A stretch of DNA of 64,000 bases from Candidatus Latescibacterota bacterium (lineage in GTDB: Bacteria; Latescibacterota; UBA2968; UBA8231): positions 3,840,001 to 3,904,000 of the forward strand of contig OZ241889.1 of NCBI GenBank assembly GCA_965203355.1. Direction: 5' to 3'. Shown here in pieces: positions 59,435 through 64,000 of this stretch. The notes beneath the pieces were generated by a model. It was given only the letters and a program-made list of their open reading frames with translations, did no database searches and was not told the DNA's origin. A program made the position numbers and the translations under genes. Every line of letters starts with the position of its first letter. Positions within the stretch are counted from its first letter, which is position 1.

Positions 59435-61189
59435 ATGAACACGGCACAACAACAGGCCGAGGCCCTATCCGCCGGGCTATATGCCCATCAGGTCGAGGGC
59501 ATTGCCTTTTTGTTGGGTCGCCAGCGGGCGATCCTCGCCGACGACATGGGGCTGGGCAAGACGCGGCAATCCGTGCTGGCTATGCGCCAAGCCCGACCCG
59601 AGGGTCCCTATCTGGTCGTCTGTCCGGCAGCGGTCAAAACCAACTGGGTACGCGAGATCGAGTTGGTGCTGCCAACGGCAGCAATCGCCATCGTCGGCCC
59701 CGCACCTCCGCCCGCACCCGGCTACACGGGCTGGGCCATCATCAACTACGACATCCTGGCCAAACACCCGCTGGCAGCACACGCTTGGAGTGGCCTAATT
59801 TTCGACGAGGCCCACTATCTCAAAAACTATCGCAGCCAACGGCAACGCCTGTCGATGAGCTTGGTCAAGGCCGTGGCCGACGAGGCGGTGATCCACCTTT
59901 TGACCGGCACCCCATTGACGAGTCGGCCGCGCGACCTCTTCCCCCTGTTGCAGTTGGCGCGCCACGCGCTCGGACGTTCATTCGTCTCATTCGCCAAGCG
60001 CTATTGCGACGCCTACAAGGGCGAGTACGGCTGGGTCGCCGACGGGGCCTCCAACATCGCAGAGCTAACTGTGCAACTACACGGCATCATGCTGCGTCGC
60101 ACCAAGGCCGAGGTCCTCGACCTGCCGCCCAAGATCCGCAGTTGGCTCGACGTGGAGGTCGCCAGCCGGGTGGCGCACGCGCTGAGCGAGGCCGTGACCG
60201 AACTGTTGCAGACCATCTCGCGCCGAGGCCAAGCCAAGCGCGCCGACGAGACCGAGGCCGAGCGTCGCGCGCGCCAAGGCCGGATCATGGGCCAGCTAAC
60301 TACCGCGCGCAACCGCTTGGCCATAGCCAAGGTCCGCAGCACGATTCCCTTTGTCGAAAACGCCTTAGAACAGGGTGAAAAAGTCTTGGTCTTCTCGTGT
60401 TTTCTAGCCCCCATCAACACGCTGTGCAAGCACTTCGGCCAGAAGGCCGTCGCCATCACCGGCGAAGTGCCAGCGAGTGAGCGGCAACAACGGGCCGACC
60501 GCTTTCAGGAGGACGACTCGGTGCGGGTGCTGGCCGCGCAGATCGCGGCTGGGGGCGTCGGGCTCAACCTCACCGCGGCGCGGCAGGTGGTCTTCAACGA
60601 TCTCGACTGGGTTCCGGTCAATCACTGGCAGGCCGAGGACCGGGCCTACCGCATCGGGCAACAGCAAGCGGTCAACGTCACCTACATGGTCGGCAGCAAC
60701 ACGATCGACGAATTCGTCAAGACGGTCCTCGAAACCAAGTCAGCGCTGATCGACCAGCTCGTCGAGGGCCGCGCCTTGCCCGAAAATTTCCAGCGCGACG
60801 TAATGGACGAGTTGCGGCGGGTGATGGAGGTGCTGCCCGCGCCGCCCTCGGGCGGGATAAACGAGCGGCAAGTGGTGGAACTGTTGCGCGAGGCCGGGGC
60901 GGCTTTTGTCGCCGCGCAGCCTGCGGTTGAGTCCGCGGCCAAGTCGCGCTTGCCGTCGGCCGAGGCCGTGCGCGTGTTGGCGCGGGTGTTAGCCGGGCCA
61001 AAGCGATCGCTATACCGGGTGGACAGTTCGTCGAAGCCGGGGACGCGCTACGAATTGGAGGTGGAGGGAAACGACATCAGTTGCAGTTGTAAGGGATTTT
61101 CCTATCGGGGAATTTGCCAACATGCGCGGGTATTGAAGGAAGCGTTGGTCAAGGGAGACGAGTTGCCGGAGGGATTCGTCGAAATTTGA
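59435..61189 (+). CDS. SNF2-family helicase/ATPase with C-terminal SWIM zinc finger
   Basis: DDMGLGKT, DEAH, LTGTP, GLNLT, QAEDRAYRIGQ; CSC...CQH. Confidence 0.9.
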   Translation: MNTAQQQAEALSAGLYAHQVEGIAFLLGRQRAILADDMGLGKTRQSVLAMRQARPEGPYLVVCPAAVKTNWVREIELVLPTAAIAIVGPAPPPAPGYTGWAIINYDILAKHPLAAHAWSGLIFDEAHYLKNYRSQRQRLSMSLVKAVADEAVIHLLTGTPLTSRPRDLFPLLQLARHALGRSFVSFAKRYCDAYKGEYGWVADGASNIAELTVQLHGIMLRRTKAEVLDLPPKIRSWLDVEVASRVAHALSEAVTELLQTISRRGQAKRADETEAERRARQGRIMGQLTTARNRLAIAKVRSTIPFVENALEQGEKVLVFSCFLAPINTLCKHFGQKAVAITGEVPASERQQRADRFQEDDSVRVLAAQIAAGGVGLNLTAARQVVFNDLDWVPVNHWQAEDRAYRIGQQQAVNVTYMVGSNTIDEFVKTVLETKSALIDQLVEGRALPENFQRDVMDELRRVMEVLPAPPSGGINERQVVELLREAGAAFVAAQPAVESAAKSRLPSAEAVRVLARVLAGPKRSLYRVDSSSKPGTRYELEVEGNDISCSCKGFSYRGICQHARVLKEALVKGDELPEGFVEI

Positions 61190-61309
61190 CGGTTGCGCCC
61201 ATACACTTGTAGTTAGGTGTGTTGCAGCATAGCTCGCTAGCCGCTCACTTCCAGTCGATTTGAGTCCACCGCGTTGCAAATGGACCTTTAGCTTTACTGC
61301 GAAACCACC

Positions 61310-62434
61310 ATGCCCTACGACATATCACCCGAAAAAAGAGACTGGTACCGGGCCATTTCGGCGCGATCCAGACAGCGAAAAAAAGCGGCGGTCCGCGGTG
61401 CGTTCCAATGCGATCCAAGCGGAATTAATGAGCCAGTCTTGAACCCAAAGGGACTAATGCCCCAACAGCGACAACAGGGTTTGAGAGCGATGTCCCTGTT
61501 TTCAGGAGGTGGCGGTCTGGACCTCGGTTTTGAGCAGGCCGGTTTTGAGCATATTGCCAGTTTCGACGCGCTGGAGATTTGCGGTGCTACGCTGCGGCGA
61601 AACCGATCGCAATGGAAGGTTTTTTCTGGTCCACATGGCGATGTAACAAAGGTCGATTGGACGGCCTATAAAGGTGCCGTCGATCTCATCCACGGAGGCC
61701 CGCCATGCCAGCCTTTCTCAGTTGCCGGAAGACAAAATGGGAGTGAGGATACTAGGGATATGTGGCCGGCGTTTATTGACGCCGTGATGACTGTCAAACC
61801 CGATGCGTTCGTAGCTGAAAACGTTCCGGGCTTACTCGATCCCAAGTTCAATAAATATGTACATAAGGTGATTATAGAGCCGCTAGAACCAAGTTATCAC
61901 ATCGCCAAATTCAAAGCTGTTGCCTCCGATTTTGGCGTTCCTCAGGTACGCAAGCGGATCATTTTCGTCGGCTTTAGATCGCCCAAAGCAGCTAGTGAAT
62001 TCGAGGTTCCGCAGGCAACGCATTTTCCCAACGATAGTCTGTTTTCATCGGGCCGATGTACGTTGGGAGCGAGGGCGGCTTTAGGTCTAGACGATATGGG
62101 CTTCGATTGCTTTGCGCCGACGCTCCGCTCTGGTTTTACTGGTCCGAGAAAGACGACTAGCATTCTAAATAGTAAGGCTGGTCAAAAAGTCTGGCAGAGG
62201 CTACAGATTTGGCCGAATGGCGTACAAAAATCGAGAGAGGAAGCCGTTATGTTCCCACCAGAAAATGGACATTTTAGGCTTTCCGTCCAAGACTGTGCTC
62301 TGCTACAAGGGTTTCCGGCAGATTGGCTCTTTGAGGGTGCTGTGTACCAGATTCTTGGGCAGATTGGCAATTCCGTTTGTCCGCCGGTGAGCTATGCTAT
62401 CGCAAAATCAGTCGCGAACGCATTGAGGGCCTAA
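61310..62434 (+). CDS. DNA (cytosine-5) methyltransferase
   Basis: LFSGGGG, GGPPCQPFS, ENV, QVRKR, QIGNSV. Confidence 0.93.
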   Translation: MPYDISPEKRDWYRAISARSRQRKKAAVRGAFQCDPSGINEPVLNPKGLMPQQRQQGLRAMSLFSGGGGLDLGFEQAGFEHIASFDALEICGATLRRNRSQWKVFSGPHGDVTKVDWTAYKGAVDLIHGGPPCQPFSVAGRQNGSEDTRDMWPAFIDAVMTVKPDAFVAENVPGLLDPKFNKYVHKVIIEPLEPSYHIAKFKAVASDFGVPQVRKRIIFVGFRSPKAASEFEVPQATHFPNDSLFSSGRCTLGARAALGLDDMGFDCFAPTLRSGFTGPRKTTSILNSKAGQKVWQRLQIWPNGVQKSREEAVMFPPENGHFRLSVQDCALLQGFPADWLFEGAVYQILGQIGNSVCPPVSYAIAKSVANALRA

Positions 62435-63135
62435 TGACTGTCCAAGACGATAGCCGAGAAAAGGAAATGTGTCAGCTATTGGGCTTGAAAGAGGGGGCAG
62501 GCCGTTCCGGGGTGGACGCGTTCTTTGAATTTGTAGCGAATGGGGCACTTTACTCTGTACCGATTGAGCTTAAATCAACGACGACAGGTTCTGTTTCAAC
62601 TGCAAGGGATGTAGGACCTACCCATATAGCAAAGTGGCGCTCCCGAATATGGGTTTTCGGTTTTTACAACTCTTCGGGAACCTCCCTACAGAAATTGCTC
62701 GTACTTGGGCCGAATGAGATGGAAAGTTGGATAGGGGAAAAAGAGCAATACATTAAACCTGATTTTGTGATAGGAGAGCGCGTTGCGGAGAAGCTTGATT
62801 TTGAAGACTTATACTTTATATGCTCAGAAAAGAGCAAGTACAGTTTAGAGGATGCTAGGTCTCTTCACAAAAAACAGTGGAACCAAGAGAAGTATCGTTC
62901 AGAAATGGATGATGCCGATGGTTATACTCCTGCGAAAATGCTCGAAATTCTCAAGTCGCGAGCCATTTATCTTAATCAACGCGGTTCAACCCTAAACAAC
63001 CCACACATCCCAAAGTCGTTCTTTGCACAATTCAGGGACCGGATGATCGACGTTGTACATATCGACGCAGATGATCGTGCCACTATCCACCAAACGCTAC
63101 GCAACATAACGCTGGCTAACAAAACCGGGCAGTGA
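62434..63135 (+). CDS. Putative type II restriction endonuclease
   Basis: TAATG coupling to MTase; VDA...IELKS PD-(D/E)xK-like motif. Confidence 0.65.
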   Translation: MTVQDDSREKEMCQLLGLKEGAGRSGVDAFFEFVANGALYSVPIELKSTTTGSVSTARDVGPTHIAKWRSRIWVFGFYNSSGTSLQKLLVLGPNEMESWIGEKEQYIKPDFVIGERVAEKLDFEDLYFICSEKSKYSLEDARSLHKKQWNQEKYRSEMDDADGYTPAKMLEILKSRAIYLNQRGSTLNNPHIPKSFFAQFRDRMIDVVHIDADDRATIHQTLRNITLANKTGQ

Positions 63136-63174
63136 ACCTTTCACCCCTGCCAATTTTCGTAAAGGAGCTTATTC

Positions 63175-63807
63175 ATGGCCTTTGAAATTTTCGATTTCCG
63201 CCGAGAAGAACACATCAAAAACCTCCTCGTCACGCCGCACATCCGCGCCCGCTTCCTGCGCATGCAGCCGGGCGACGTGGCCGACTTGCACAGCCACGAT
63301 CTCGGCCACGAGATTTTTCTCATCCTGCAAGGCCGCTGCGTCTTCCACATCGCCGGCAGCCAACAGGAGCTATGCGCGGGCCAGCTCTGCATCGCCCGCG
63401 CCGACGAAATCCATCAGGTGCGAGCCATCGGCGATGAGCCTATGATGATGTACTTGTCGGTAACGCCCCACATCCAGCCGACCCACACCGGCCGCGACCC
63501 CGACGGCACCCGCCACCCAACCCGCTTCCAGCCCTCCAGCGCATACGACGCGGAGACGGATACCGACACGCCCATCGACGAACTCATCGACAAATTTACG
63601 ACCGCGTCAGCCGACTTAGCCCGCGCCGCCAGCAAGCAAGCAGCACGCAGCGAGCAACTCAAGGCGACCCTAGCGGCGGGAGACGAAGCACAGGCCACCG
63701 AGCTACGCGAAGCCATGTGGCAAGACGTGTACCAGAGCTTCAAGCGCGCCTACGAACTGGCCGATGTGTGGAACGATTTGACGCCGCGCGTCGGAAAGGT
63801 GGGGTAG
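63175..63807 (+). CDS. Cupin domain protein
   Basis: HSHDLGHEIF..G...ADEIH cupin motifs; AAGGAG RBS. Confidence 0.8.
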   Translation: MAFEIFDFRREEHIKNLLVTPHIRARFLRMQPGDVADLHSHDLGHEIFLILQGRCVFHIAGSQQELCAGQLCIARADEIHQVRAIGDEPMMMYLSVTPHIQPTHTGRDPDGTRHPTRFQPSSAYDAETDTDTPIDELIDKFTTASADLARAASKQAARSEQLKATLAAGDEAQATELREAMWQDVYQSFKRAYELADVWNDLTPRVGKVG

Positions 63808-63808
63808 A

Positions 63809-63997
63809 TTAGGCGGAATCTTCTTTTTTCTTTGCGCGCCTGTGCTCCCGGCACACCAGCACCAAAGCCCCGACCAGCAAGACCCCACTGAGCGCGACGA
63901 AGCGCTTCCGCAGCGGCGAAAGACGCGCCTCGATCACAATGTCGTGTTCGCCGGCCTCCAACGGTAGGGCCATAAAGCGGCCAGCCGTTTCCAGCGG
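63809..63997 (-). CDS. 3' end of a YfhO-like membrane protein (edge of window)
   Basis: FMALPLEAGEHDIVIE followed by TM helix and basic tail; in-frame TAG at the window edge leaves its status unclear. Confidence 0.4.
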   Translation of the reverse strand, partial: PLETAGRFMALPLEAGEHDIVIEARLSPLRKRFVALSGVLLVGALVLVCREHRRAKKKEDSA

Positions 63998-64000
63998 CTA

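Noticed and set aside
63998-64000. In-frame TAG before the YfhO-like fragment as recoding or pseudogene evidence
   Set aside because: At the window edge; cannot be evaluated without upstream sequence

Overview
64 kb of a GC-rich bacterial chromosome. The gene content (sulfatases, a Uma2-type gene, a DUF4175/MoxR cluster) is reminiscent of the Latescibacterota/Gemmatimonadota/FCB neighbourhood; this is inference only. Housekeeping and metabolic genes (ilvD-like, purL, sucA-sucB-lpdA, xylA, nadA, dapL, glnS, sufBCDSUT+Rrf2, selB, tsaC-like) are interrupted by several AT-richer insertions: two methyltransferase+putative endonuclease pairs, one MTase with a decayed partner, a Uma2 gene inside the suf operon and an orphan TagO/VasI-like gene. 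The most notable element is at 46008-50945. A CARF(RtcR-like)-AAA+-HTH sigma54 activator is followed by a consensus sigma54 promoter and a cassette of four tiny ORFs not in the ORF track, each with a strong RBS: two tandem-duplicated hydrophobic/amphipathic peptides, a basic 52-aa repeat protein and an Ldr/Fst-like 27-aa peptide. RNA hairpins punctuate the cassette. It is followed by an ABC-type ATPase (DUF3696-like) and a PLD-like HDR protein. This is a candidate ligand-triggered, peptide-effector defence or stress system. Also noted: a small RHH regulator translationally coupled to nadA and a sigma54 promoter upstream of hsp20. Family assignments come from motif recognition, not database searches.
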